DNA from: a virus
Taxonomy: Duplodnaviria > Caudoviricetes
Length of the DNA: 62,833 bases
Direction: 5' to 3' (one strand)
IMG/VR virus record: IMGVR_UViG_3300006752_000028
Span: 1 to 62,833 of that record
Part shown: positions 17,954-26,058 of the stretch, piece after piece
Layout: each line of letters starts with the position of its first letter
Numbering within the stretch: position 1 is the first letter of the stretch
The notes under the pieces: generated by a model
What the model saw: the letters and a program-made list of their open reading frames with translations, nothing else
What the model was told of the DNA's origin: nothing
Database searches by the model: none
Position numbers and translations under genes: made by a program

Positions 17954-18165
17954 ATATTACTATCTAAATTTGAATCGTCTAATTGACTTAAGTCTGGTTG
18001 TAAGCTAGTTAATTCTTCTGAAAGAGTAGCTATTGCTGCGTCTAATTGTTTTATTTGAGCAGCTTCTATTGCTTCTTCTACTGCTTGTTTAGCTACAGAT
18101 AATGGTACTACCTGCAGTTTACTTTCAAAATCAAAGAAAGCGTTTTCGTCTAGATTGATTGCCAT
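17950..18165 (-). CDS. Acidic hypothetical protein
   Basis: Operon-packed ORF. Confidence 0.7.
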   Translation of the reverse strand: MAINLDENAFFDFESKLQVVPLSVAKQAVEEAIEAAQIKQLDAAIATLSEELTSLQPDLSQLDDSNLDSNI

Positions 18166-18166
18166 A

Positions 18167-18688
18167 TTAAAAGAATTTTTTTAAGTTAGGTCTAAAGTAA
18201 TTAATACTTTTCATTACTTTTTTATCTCTTGTTCGATAAACAATGTACCGTCCCTCCTCGATTTTTTCAAAATGACAGGCCTCACCTTGTTCCTCAGCTC
18301 TTTTGCTGACACTGCGTATGGCCTCTTCTTCAGTTTTACAAGCTTTAGACATATTGCTCGCTTGTACTTCTTGATATGCTGGCCATATCTTATCCTTAAG
18401 GCCGTGTAACATAACACCGTTCCCAAGGGAAACATAAGCAATGTCGCACAAAGCATCCAAAACTTCCACAATGTCTCCGTTTTCGCAAGCCTCTCTATAC
18501 TCTTCGAGCTCTTCAAGGATGAAATCGTAAACGAACTGCCACTCTTTTTTTTCTGGTATGTTTGGTTCATAATTATTTGGTTTACTAAAAGTATCGTTAA
18601 ATATCTCAACTTCATCTACAAAAGGTACTGAAGGAGAAGATGGTACTTTATAATTCTCTTCTACAAAAAGTGATAACTGTTTTCCCAT
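18167..18688 (-). CDS. MazG-like/PRA-PH-family NTP pyrophosphohydrolase
   Basis: EELEEY..EVLDALCDIAYV..EVQASNMSK..KVMKS. Confidence 0.9.
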   Translation of the reverse strand: MGKQLSLFVEENYKVPSSPSVPFVDEVEIFNDTFSKPNNYEPNIPEKKEWQFVYDFILEELEEYREACENGDIVEVLDALCDIAYVSLGNGVMLHGLKDKIWPAYQEVQASNMSKACKTEEEAIRSVSKRAEEQGEACHFEKIEEGRYIVYRTRDKKVMKSINYFRPNLKKFF

Positions 18689-18689
18689 T

Positions 18690-18893
18690 TTAATATACTT
18701 TAATTATTCTAGATTCTGCAAGGCTTATAATCTTAAAACTAGTTTCACCTAACTCCTCTAGCATTTTATACGTTTTAGCTTCTGCTTCTGTTCCAGTCAT
18801 AGCATCTACTAAATATATTTCTTTTACTTTCTGTACTCTACCTCTATCGTTTTCTCTTTCGAACTGGGTAGTAACTTGCCAATAGTTTGTCAT
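18690..18893 (-). CDS. DUF4494-like protein
   Basis: GRVQKVKEIYLVDAMTGTEAEAK motif typical of the Bacteroidota family. Confidence 0.7.
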   Translation of the reverse strand: MTNYWQVTTQFERENDRGRVQKVKEIYLVDAMTGTEAEAKTYKMLEELGETSFKIISLAESRIIKVY

Positions 18894-18907
18894 AATTATA
18901 TTATTTA

Positions 18908-19621
18908 TTAATGTTTACAAATACTTGCTAATTCTATATTCTTATAGAACTCTGCTTTTGCTGAATCTTCGTTTAAGAACGCTCCTGTTAGTTTAGCAGT
19001 TTGCATTGATGCTCCTCTATGCTTAACTCCTCTACAGCTAACACAGTTATGGGTAGCTGATATCATTACTGCAACTCCTAAATTACCTTCACATATCTTA
19101 TCTACTGCATTATGTATAGCTACAGTTAATTGTTCTTGAATAGCTCCTCTTCTACCGAATTGTTCTACTATCCTATTAAGTTTAGATAGTCCTACTACTT
19201 TTCCATCCTCTGAAGCTATATAAGCAATGCTTACATTACCACCGATTGTTTGGTGATGATGTGAACACATCGACTGAACTGGTATATTGCTTTCTTGTAC
19301 TATACCGTCGTATCCGTCTGATGGAAATGCTGTTATACGGTCTAGAGGGTTATACCTTCCGGCCCATAAATCATTAACATATGCTTTAGCTACTCTCATT
19401 GGGGTATCAGATGAATTAGGATCATCTTTATAATCACATCCTAACGCAGTTAAAAACTCTGCGTATGCTTTTGCTGCTCTTTCTATAATTACATGCTTCT
19501 CATGTTCTGTTAACCTTGCTTCAGGTCCTTCTAATTCTTGCTTTGCAGCTAATTGACTTGATATACCATTTGCATATCCTGCTTTTACTAATTCTGTTCC
19601 GTCTATAAACTTTTTAGGCAT
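18908..19621 (-). CDS. folE: GTP cyclohydrolase I
   Basis: DTPMRVAK, SMCSHH, VVGLSKLNR, IQEQLT, HNCVSCRGV. Confidence 0.97.
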   Translation of the reverse strand: MPKKFIDGTELVKAGYANGISSQLAAKQELEGPEARLTEHEKHVIIERAAKAYAEFLTALGCDYKDDPNSSDTPMRVAKAYVNDLWAGRYNPLDRITAFPSDGYDGIVQESNIPVQSMCSHHHQTIGGNVSIAYIASEDGKVVGLSKLNRIVEQFGRRGAIQEQLTVAIHNAVDKICEGNLGVAVMISATHNCVSCRGVKHRGASMQTAKLTGAFLNEDSAKAEFYKNIELASICKH

Positions 19622-19630
19622 AATATTTAA

Positions 19631-19658
19631 TTTGTTTTATTGAGGTTCTACGACTCAT
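19631..19658 (-). ncRNA. preQ1-I-like riboswitch aptamer in folE 5' UTR
   Basis: UGAG-UCGUAGAAC-CUCA-AUAAAACAAA: P1 stem, UCGYAG..AC loop, A-rich tail. Confidence 0.7.
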
Positions 19659-19668
19659 TTGTTAATAC

Positions 19669-19697
19669 AATATACGATTTTTAATTTAATTATCCAA
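19669..19697 (-). promoter_or_regulatory. Promoter TTG-N20-TATATT for folE operon
   Basis: Consensus motif immediately upstream of the aptamer. Confidence 0.75.
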
Positions 19698-20090
19698 ATA
19701 ATCTTGAATAGGTTTTGAATTTTCTTTTTCCCAAGGGTAGACTACCCAGCCGAAATCATCGTCTATTTCTTCTGCATAGTATTCTGGTTTTGCTTTTGAT
19801 GATGTTTTATAGTGTAGAGTAGCAAACTTAGGATTAAACATTTCGTCTCTCCACTTTAAAATTGTATCTCCACTATCTGCTATATCATCTATAATTAATA
19901 ACCTAGGATAGTGGTTACTTCTATACTCCATATATGGAATCTCAAATCGATGAGAATACATAATAGCGAGTATGGTACCTCCTCTGGGTATTCCTGTTAC
20001 ATAGTCTATCTCTCCTTTGCATTTTTCGTGTATAATATCTAAGAGTCTATTGATATCGTCCCACGTTAGAAAAACTTTTTTTACTGCCAT
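19686..20090 (-). CDS. Type I phosphoribosyltransferase (xanthine-guanine PRTase-like)
   Basis: GIPRGG, LLIIDDIADSGDT PRPP loop, WVVYPWE. Confidence 0.9.
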   Translation of the reverse strand: MAVKKVFLTWDDINRLLDIIHEKCKGEIDYVTGIPRGGTILAIMYSHRFEIPYMEYRSNHYPRLLIIDDIADSGDTILKWRDEMFNPKFATLHYKTSSKAKPEYYAEEIDDDFGWVVYPWEKENSKPIQDYLDN

Positions 20091-20254
20091 GTATGGTTCA
20101 TTACCCAGTTACCAGTAGAGTAATTTGCTATAGATTTACTACCTACCGATTGTAGCTTCTCTTTTAAGTGGTCCCATTGTTGAGGAGTAATATTGTAATG
20201 GTGAACTCCTTCTGTGAAGCCTCGTAACCATTCTATAAATTGTGATTCATTCAT
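20081..20254 (-). CDS. Hypothetical protein, 57 aa
   Basis: Not in track. MNESQFIEWLRGFTEGVHHYNITPQQWDHLKEKLQSV...; overlaps neighbours as in translational coupling. Confidence 0.7.
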   Translation of the reverse strand: MNESQFIEWLRGFTEGVHHYNITPQQWDHLKEKLQSVGSKSIANYSTGNWVMNHTWQ

Positions 20255-20381
20255 TTTCTATATAACTTTTTAATTTATCTATTAATACTAATACTTCGTC
20301 TGGTTCCATTGTTATAGCACAGCAAGTATTTATGTTTTCTGCTACTTCCTCTAATACCTCTAAAGCTTCATCTTTAGTCAT
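20247..20381 (-). CDS. Hypothetical protein, 44 aa
   Basis: Not in track. MTKDEALEVLEEVAENINTCCAITMEPDEVLVLIDKLKSYIENE; TAATG coupling to queE stop. Confidence 0.65.
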   Translation of the reverse strand: MTKDEALEVLEEVAENINTCCAITMEPDEVLVLIDKLKSYIENE

Positions 20382-21169
20382 TATACCTCTCTTTGATCTT
20401 CAAAAGCAATAATATGAGGTCTCCAAGTCATTCTATATCCGTTATCTCTAACCCAATCAAATAATACTGGGTATGATTTAAATAATGCTTCTCTAGAATC
20501 TCCTGCAGGCATAAACCATACTTTTTCAGATTTAACATCCAAAGTTTTTATACAGTCCATTATTTCAGCTAATGCTTCTTGATCTTTACCGTCCCATACT
20601 GGTTTAATATGGAAATCAGAATGATACTCTATTGACTGCTTAATTGCCTCATAATTAAGTCTAAATTTATTATGACGTTTTACCATTCTCTCATCTGTAA
20701 TTGCACCTTGAGGAGTTTCTACTCCAACGACTGGAACAGAATTAGAAAACTTAGGGCTAATAGATAACAAATTAATAGGGTAATCTGTGGGTAGGAAATG
20801 ACTACCTTCAGTTTCGATAGTAATAAAGATATTATTTTCATGTGCAAAATGTGTTAATTCGTTTACTAAAGCTGGATGCATAGTAGGAGAACCTCCTGTC
20901 AACATCATCTCTTTTATATGAGGATTCTTTTCGTACATCGCAATTATATCTTTAAAATTGAAGTCTCCTTTTTCCGGGTGTATACTTGTATACCAACTAT
21001 CACACCATCCTCCTTCTCCGAAGTAACATCTATGGGTACATCCTGTAGTTCTTATTACAACTGTTGGGTAACCTGCTCTTGAACCTTCTGATTGTACTGC
21101 TGTATATATTTCTACGATAGGTAGGTTTTTATCGTAATCTTCTATTCTCTTTAATTGCTTGTGTGCCAT
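20381..21169 (-). CDS. queE: 7-carboxy-7-deazaguanine synthase (radical SAM)
   Basis: EIYTAVQSEG, IRTTGCTHRC...WCDS, LTGGSP, IETEG, SISPK. Confidence 0.93.
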   Translation of the reverse strand: MAHKQLKRIEDYDKNLPIVEIYTAVQSEGSRAGYPTVVIRTTGCTHRCYFGEGGWCDSWYTSIHPEKGDFNFKDIIAMYEKNPHIKEMMLTGGSPTMHPALVNELTHFAHENNIFITIETEGSHFLPTDYPINLLSISPKFSNSVPVVGVETPQGAITDERMVKRHNKFRLNYEAIKQSIEYHSDFHIKPVWDGKDQEALAEIMDCIKTLDVKSEKVWFMPAGDSREALFKSYPVLFDWVRDNGYRMTWRPHIIAFEDQREV

Positions 21170-21189
21170 ATATTTTTATTATATTAATA

Positions 21190-21678
21190 CTACTCCTCGT
21201 AGATTGATGAATTTTTATCTGCTTCCCAACATTCAACTTTGGTAACTTTTACTCTACCTCCTCCAGTTAGTTCCATTCTTTTGTTAAAATGATCAAATAC
21301 TAATTTAGCACAAGATTCTGCTCCCATTGAATCCATAACCCTTAAAGCACATAGTCCTAATTCCTCCATGTATTGGAAAGTTTCTAATTGAGGATCATCT
21401 TTTTCTATTAGTAGAGTGTGATCCCACATATGGTTCATCCAATCTTTTAAACCATTACCGGGTGTTGGTTCAGCATCAGTTGATTTAAACCCTCCGTAAT
21501 CCATAATCCAATTCATCTCATCTAATTGATTTTCTTCTAGTGGTTCTTTAGATTCAAACCATACTTTAAATTTTAAAGCATATCCGTGAAGTAATTCACA
21601 ATGTGAGTGTGCAGCTTTATGCTGTCTTAGTGCTACTGAGTAATTATCAAATAGCTTTGTTGATTTGTATGTTCCCAT
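21190..21678 (-). CDS. queD: 6-carboxytetrahydropterin synthase
   Basis: HCELLHGY, MDYG, WDHTLL, AES.A, VECWE. Confidence 0.92.
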   Translation of the reverse strand: MGTYKSTKLFDNYSVALRQHKAAHSHCELLHGYALKFKVWFESKEPLEENQLDEMNWIMDYGGFKSTDAEPTPGNGLKDWMNHMWDHTLLIEKDDPQLETFQYMEELGLCALRVMDSMGAESCAKLVFDHFNKRMELTGGGRVKVTKVECWEADKNSSIYEE

Positions 21679-21688
21679 AATTTTTATT

Positions 21689-21946
21689 TTAAACTAATTC
21701 TTCTCCTATTCCTACTATTTCTGATAGTATAAGCAAAATAGCAGCTATATCTATACTCCACCATAATGCAGCATACCCTAATATACGGATACCTGATTTG
21801 ATGAAGCTAATTTGTTGATGTAATTTTGGATCTGGAATTTTATGATCATTGATCTTAATTCCTGTAAATTCTTTACCTGTAGAATGCGAACCTTCTCTGT
21901 CGTATAGTTCGTCTAGGATTTCTTTTTCTTCTTTTCTTTTTATCAT
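21689..21946 (-). CDS. Small membrane protein, first gene of the riboswitch-led queD operon
   Basis: Hydrophobic C-terminal hairpin ISFIKSGIRILG...LSEIVGIGEELV. Confidence 0.75.
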   Translation of the reverse strand: MIKRKEEKEILDELYDREGSHSTGKEFTGIKINDHKIPDPKLHQQISFIKSGIRILGYAALWWSIDIAAILLILSEIVGIGEELV

Positions 21947-21948
21947 AT

Positions 21949-21978
21949 TCGTGTTTTTATAGTGGTGCTACGACACTG
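21949..21978 (-). ncRNA. preQ1-I-like riboswitch aptamer upstream of small membrane gene-queD-queE
   Basis: AGUG-UCGUAGCAC-CACU-AUAAAAACACGA ending 2 nt before the AUG. Confidence 0.7.
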
Positions 21979-21997
21979 TTGTGCTATATATTTATAC

Positions 21998-22026
21998 AAT
22001 ATACGAAACTTTTATTTAAGAACCAA
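21998..22026 (-). promoter_or_regulatory. Promoter TTG-N20-TATATT for queD operon
   Basis: Consensus motif. Confidence 0.75.
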
Positions 22027-22686
22027 CATTTTTTCATGTCCTATTATTAAAGTTGGATCGACATATATATCGTAACCTTTTTTTGTTATCATTCTACAGA
22101 ATGCTACATCTTCCATAGTAAATTCTTTAAATGAAGTATCTCCTACCTTAAATTCTTCCCAAAGAGGTTGAAACCATGGATACTCTAGTGATTCAAATAC
22201 ACCTTTTTTAATTAATACCCAACCAAACCCAGTATACTCTACTTTAAATGGTTTAGTTCTTTTATTTATTAACTTATCATCTAAAAATTCAAAAGAACCA
22301 TTCTTTGCATAGTGCTCTTTGTCCCATTTTTCCACTGTAGCGTAGTTGGTATTGTTCTGAGTTTTGTATATTCCGGAAGCAATATCTTTATTCATGTTAA
22401 GTAACTTAATAAAGTCATTAACTTCAAATACCATATCTGAATCTATCCACATTATGTAATCGTAATCTATTTGACCATCGAACGGCATTTGGTTTTTACC
22501 TCTAACTGATGCTCCTCCTAAACATTGATTTCTAACGTAGTATAGTAGTGGACTATAACTATTTGACAGAATTGGAGTAATTCCATACTTGGGTAAGTAT
22601 TGTAGAAGATTACTCCAACTAGTCAAAAAATTATTTGAAAAAGTTCGTCCCGGTAGACAAAATACTATTTTTAATTGTTTTTGCAA
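22012..22686 (-). CDS. GT-A fold glycosyltransferase (GT2-like)
   Basis: YDYIMWIDSDMVF (DxD), YTGFGWVLIKKGVFE, EDVAFC, IGHEK; TTG start. Confidence 0.85.
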   Translation of the reverse strand: MQKQLKIVFCLPGRTFSNNFLTSWSNLLQYLPKYGITPILSNSYSPLLYYVRNQCLGGASVRGKNQMPFDGQIDYDYIMWIDSDMVFEVNDFIKLLNMNKDIASGIYKTQNNTNYATVEKWDKEHYAKNGSFEFLDDKLINKRTKPFKVEYTGFGWVLIKKGVFESLEYPWFQPLWEEFKVGDTSFKEFTMEDVAFCRMITKKGYDIYVDPTLIIGHEKMLVLK

Positions 22687-22704
22687 ATTTATATTTTTAG
22701 TATT

Positions 22705-22848
22705 TTAAATATTACGGTGTCTTCTCATACCGTCCCATTTCACTTTTTTTGTTTTACTCAACATCCTTAATTTATCTATACGATTATTAAGTTTATTCCT
22801 TTCAGAATTTAATTGAGTATTTCCGTTTGTTTGATCACTAATTGCCAT
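22705..22848 (-). CDS. Small basic hypothetical protein, 47 aa
   Basis: Not in track. MAISDQTNGNTQLNSERNKLNNRIDKLRMLSKTKKVKWDGMRRHRNI; overlaps queC stop. Confidence 0.55.
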   Translation of the reverse strand: MAISDQTNGNTQLNSERNKLNNRIDKLRMLSKTKKVKWDGMRRHRNI

Positions 22849-23659
22849 ATCCTGCGAGTACTTTTTCAACATGAGCTTTTGCAACTTGGTAACTAACTAC
22901 ACCTGTTTCATCAGCATATCCAACAGGATCAGGTCTACCTAATTTAATAAAAGCCTCAATACGTTCTACTGATGAAGCTGATTTATAATCACTATACCAT
23001 TCCCAAGCATTTGCTTCAGGTCTGCTGTAAACTTTCATTGGTTTATAAGAGGTATTTGTTCTTCTATACACCTCGTCAAAGTCTAAATCTAGTACCTCAC
23101 ATAAATTTAATCCATCTTGTAAGATACCAAACTTATCAGTATCTAAATAAGGAGTAAAGTAACCTACTCTATCAGCATCCCAATTCCCCATTCTAAAAGC
23201 TGCATCATCTGCATCTCTAAATTCCTGTCTGCAATCAGGGTAAACTGCATGATCACCAGCATGAATACCTAAAGCAATATCACAAACACCTTCTGTTTTA
23301 TTTGCTACAGATAATGCTACTGCTTGTGTAATTGAAGCAAACATTTTATTTCTATTAGGAACAACAGTTTCTTTCATATTCTCTTGCTCGTAATGTCCTT
23401 CTGGTACATCATCTCCGCCTTCTACTAAAGCTGAATCTAGTAAATCTACTAAACCATCTAATTTAATTTGACGATAATTTACTTTGTGACCTTTACTTGC
23501 AAGGTAATCAATTAATGATTGAGCTCTTTCTAGCTCTACTTTATGTTTTTGACCGTAGTCAAATGAGATACCTGTTACTGTATCATACTTCTCGATAGCT
23601 CTTAACAATAGGGTGCTGCTATCCATTCCACCACTTAAACTTACTACACAATGTGCCAT
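22838..23659 (-). CDS. queC: 7-cyano-7-deazaguanine synthase
   Basis: SLSGGMDS, FDYGQKH, TVVPNRN, YPDCR. Confidence 0.96.
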   Translation of the reverse strand: MAHCVVSLSGGMDSSTLLLRAIEKYDTVTGISFDYGQKHKVELERAQSLIDYLASKGHKVNYRQIKLDGLVDLLDSALVEGGDDVPEGHYEQENMKETVVPNRNKMFASITQAVALSVANKTEGVCDIALGIHAGDHAVYPDCRQEFRDADDAAFRMGNWDADRVGYFTPYLDTDKFGILQDGLNLCEVLDLDFDEVYRRTNTSYKPMKVYSRPEANAWEWYSDYKSASSVERIEAFIKLGRPDPVGYADETGVVSYQVAKAHVEKVLAGYGN

Positions 23660-23705
23660 ATTTATTTATTTAATTTTTGCCAGGTATTTTACGTATAGGC
23701 TAACG

Positions 23706-24005
23706 CTAGATATTAATTATATTAGTCATAGTTTTACTGATATTTTCGTATGTATTAACATACTCTTTTATAGAACTATAACTTTTCTTTTGATTTAACT
23801 TTTCTTCTGCAACTTTTTTAAGAGCATAAGAAAAATTAGCAGGGTAACATACAGTTTTAATATACTCTGTATTATTCTCTCCTTTGGTTACTCTTTCATA
23901 TACGGTATAACCTCCTGTTGAGGATTTACTAATGAAGAAAGGTTCCATACTGGGGTCCTGAACGATAGTATCGTTAGCAGGGATTGAATCTGGTTTACGT
24001 AACAT
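23706..24005 (-). CDS. Hypothetical protein
   Basis: ORF with AAGTTATATAAATG start context. Confidence 0.75.
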   Translation of the reverse strand: MLRKPDSIPANDTIVQDPSMEPFFISKSSTGGYTVYERVTKGENNTEYIKTVCYPANFSYALKKVAEEKLNQKKSYSSIKEYVNTYENISKTMTNIINI

Positions 24006-24030
24006 TTATATAACTTATTTTATTGATTAC

Positions 24031-24288
24031 TTATTTTAATAATTCTTTGAGTTCTTGTTCTTTTATTAGTCCTGTTTTAGTTGTAGCTTTACCCTCTTCA
24101 TTTATAATAACTGTAAAAGGTATTGATCTAACTTTATACTCTGCTGCTAAACCCGAAGTATCTTTTTCTATATTAATACTTTTGAACTCAACTTTTTCAT
24201 TTAATTCACTTTCTACCTTAGTCCATACTTTGTTATAGATCTTACAAGGTCCGCACCAATCTGCGTAAAATTTTATTGCCTGTACCAT
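24031..24288 (-). CDS. trxA: Thioredoxin
   Basis: FYADWCGPCK, VRSIP. Confidence 0.95.
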   Translation of the reverse strand: MVQAIKFYADWCGPCKIYNKVWTKVESELNEKVEFKSINIEKDTSGLAAEYKVRSIPFTVIINEEGKATTKTGLIKEQELKELLK

Positions 24289-24293
24289 ACTGT

Positions 24294-24322
24294 AATATAT
24301 GAAATTAATTTATATTTACCAA
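24294..24322 (-). promoter_or_regulatory. Promoter TTG-N20-TATATT (trx-queC operon)
   Basis: Consensus motif 5 nt before ATG. Confidence 0.7.
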
Positions 24323-24336
24323 CTATTCTTAATTAT

Positions 24337-26049
24337 TTATCCGTCACAACTTAAACAATCCGTAGAAGTCCTGCTACCTATATCTCCGTTGATTACTGAA
24401 TCTGTTCTTAGGTAGTACAGAGTTTTAACTCCTAATCTCCATGCTGCTTGATGTACTTCGTTAATAAACTTAGGACTATCTGTTGGATCAAATGCTAGAT
24501 TAAGAGATTGTGTTTGATCTATATATTTTTGTCTGGCAGAAGCTTGTTCAACCAATTGAAGCTGGTTAATCTCTGCAAAGGTTAAAAATATAGGCTTATC
24601 TTCTGCAGGCATTATATCTTCAGGTAAGTTAGCAATTGAACCTCTATCTTTCATAATTTGATCCCATACTTCTTCTGTGTTATGTCCTGATTCTTCTAAA
24701 TAATTTTCTAAAGCAGAGTTCTTTCTAATAAAAGTTCCTTTAGCAGAATTAAAAGTATAAACATTAGCAGGTACAGGTTCAATACCCGCAGATACTCCTC
24801 CTGCTATAGTGCTGTTAGAGACTGTAGGAGCAACTGCTATCAAATGTGTATTTCTCATCCCAGTTCCCTTACACCATAGTGGCTCTCCATATTCATTTGC
24901 TAATTTTCTAGAAGCATTTTCTGCTTTTTGTTTAATATCTGAAAATATCTGGTGAGTTAGCGATGTTGCAGCAACTGAGGTAAATGGAATTCTTTCGTTT
25001 TGAAGTAATGTATGCCAACCTAATACTCCTAATCCAATTGCTCTTCCTTTTTTAGCTGATCTGTGAGCTCTAATCAATGAATCTCTTCCGGATGTTTTAG
25101 CTAAAAATTCTTCTAATACTCCGTCTAGAAAGTAAACTGCGGTCTCAATTAAATCTGAGTTTTTCCATTCATGGTATTTCGTAAGGTTAACTGAAGATAA
25201 GCAACATATAAAGCTATGTTCTTCATCAGTATGTAAAGTAATTTCAGAACAAATATTAGTCATAGAAACATCTAGATTATTTTTCTTATAAGCTAATGGA
25301 TTTGCATTATTTACTGTATCTCCAAACATAATATATGGTTCTCCGGTTTCCATTCTAGATTTAAGAATCTTTATCCATAATTCCATTGCTTCTGCATCTC
25401 TATGTTCTAAACGTTGCATAAAAGCATCATCTATATTTACACATTGATGCAAATTGAGGCACTGTCTGTTAGGGTCTCCCTTAGGTCTACGTATTTCTAG
25501 GTACTCCTCTATATCTGGATGATTGATATCTAAGTTTACTGATGCTGCTCCTCTTCTGACTGCTCCTTGATTAGTCGCTATGATAGTAGAATCGTAAATT
25601 TTAGCCCAAGGTACAATACCTTCTGATTGACCAACTCCATTACCTATTTTTTCACCTCTTCCTCTGACTTTACCTAAACCGATTCCAACTCCACCGCCTA
25701 GAGAAGTTAATCTCATAAGTTCTGCGTTAGTTAAACCGATACCTCTAATAGAGTCAGGAGTATCAATACCAAAACAGGAGATTGGCAGTCCTTTATCAGT
25801 TCCAGTATTAGATAAAACTGGTGATGCTAGATTTAACCAACCTTTCCACATATACCTAAAGAACTTATTTTCTAAATCCGGTCTATCTAACCTTCTTGCT
25901 ACTGTAGAAGCAACTCTTCTAAAAGCTTTTTTTGGTGTTTCATCTGCTAAAAGGTATCCTTTAGATATAGTAGCAATTGATATTTCATTCATCCATTCTG
26001 GGTAATCCTTACCTGATTCCCAGGAGGAAGTATCTACAATTATGCTCAT
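24337..26049 (-). CDS. nrdA: Class I ribonucleotide reductase alpha subunit (short, no ATP cone)
   Basis: ASPVLSN, ISCF, TNICSEI, APTVSNS, KTLYYLR, C-terminal CLSC. Confidence 0.96.
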   Translation of the reverse strand: MSIIVDTSSWESGKDYPEWMNEISIATISKGYLLADETPKKAFRRVASTVARRLDRPDLENKFFRYMWKGWLNLASPVLSNTGTDKGLPISCFGIDTPDSIRGIGLTNAELMRLTSLGGGVGIGLGKVRGRGEKIGNGVGQSEGIVPWAKIYDSTIIATNQGAVRRGAASVNLDINHPDIEEYLEIRRPKGDPNRQCLNLHQCVNIDDAFMQRLEHRDAEAMELWIKILKSRMETGEPYIMFGDTVNNANPLAYKKNNLDVSMTNICSEITLHTDEEHSFICCLSSVNLTKYHEWKNSDLIETAVYFLDGVLEEFLAKTSGRDSLIRAHRSAKKGRAIGLGVLGWHTLLQNERIPFTSVAATSLTHQIFSDIKQKAENASRKLANEYGEPLWCKGTGMRNTHLIAVAPTVSNSTIAGGVSAGIEPVPANVYTFNSAKGTFIRKNSALENYLEESGHNTEEVWDQIMKDRGSIANLPEDIMPAEDKPIFLTFAEINQLQLVEQASARQKYIDQTQSLNLAFDPTDSPKFINEVHQAAWRLGVKTLYYLRTDSVINGDIGSRTSTDCLSCDG

Positions 26050-26058
26050 AAATTTTTT

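Noticed and set aside
18214-18615. 133-aa same-strand overlapping ORF inside the MazG-like gene
   Set aside because: No motif or initiation context; stop-poor shifted frames are expected from codon bias
14579-23659. que genes as host tRNA-queuosine auxiliary metabolism
   Set aside because: No queA, queG or canonical tgt in the window; DpdA-like and formyltransferase genes point to DNA modification
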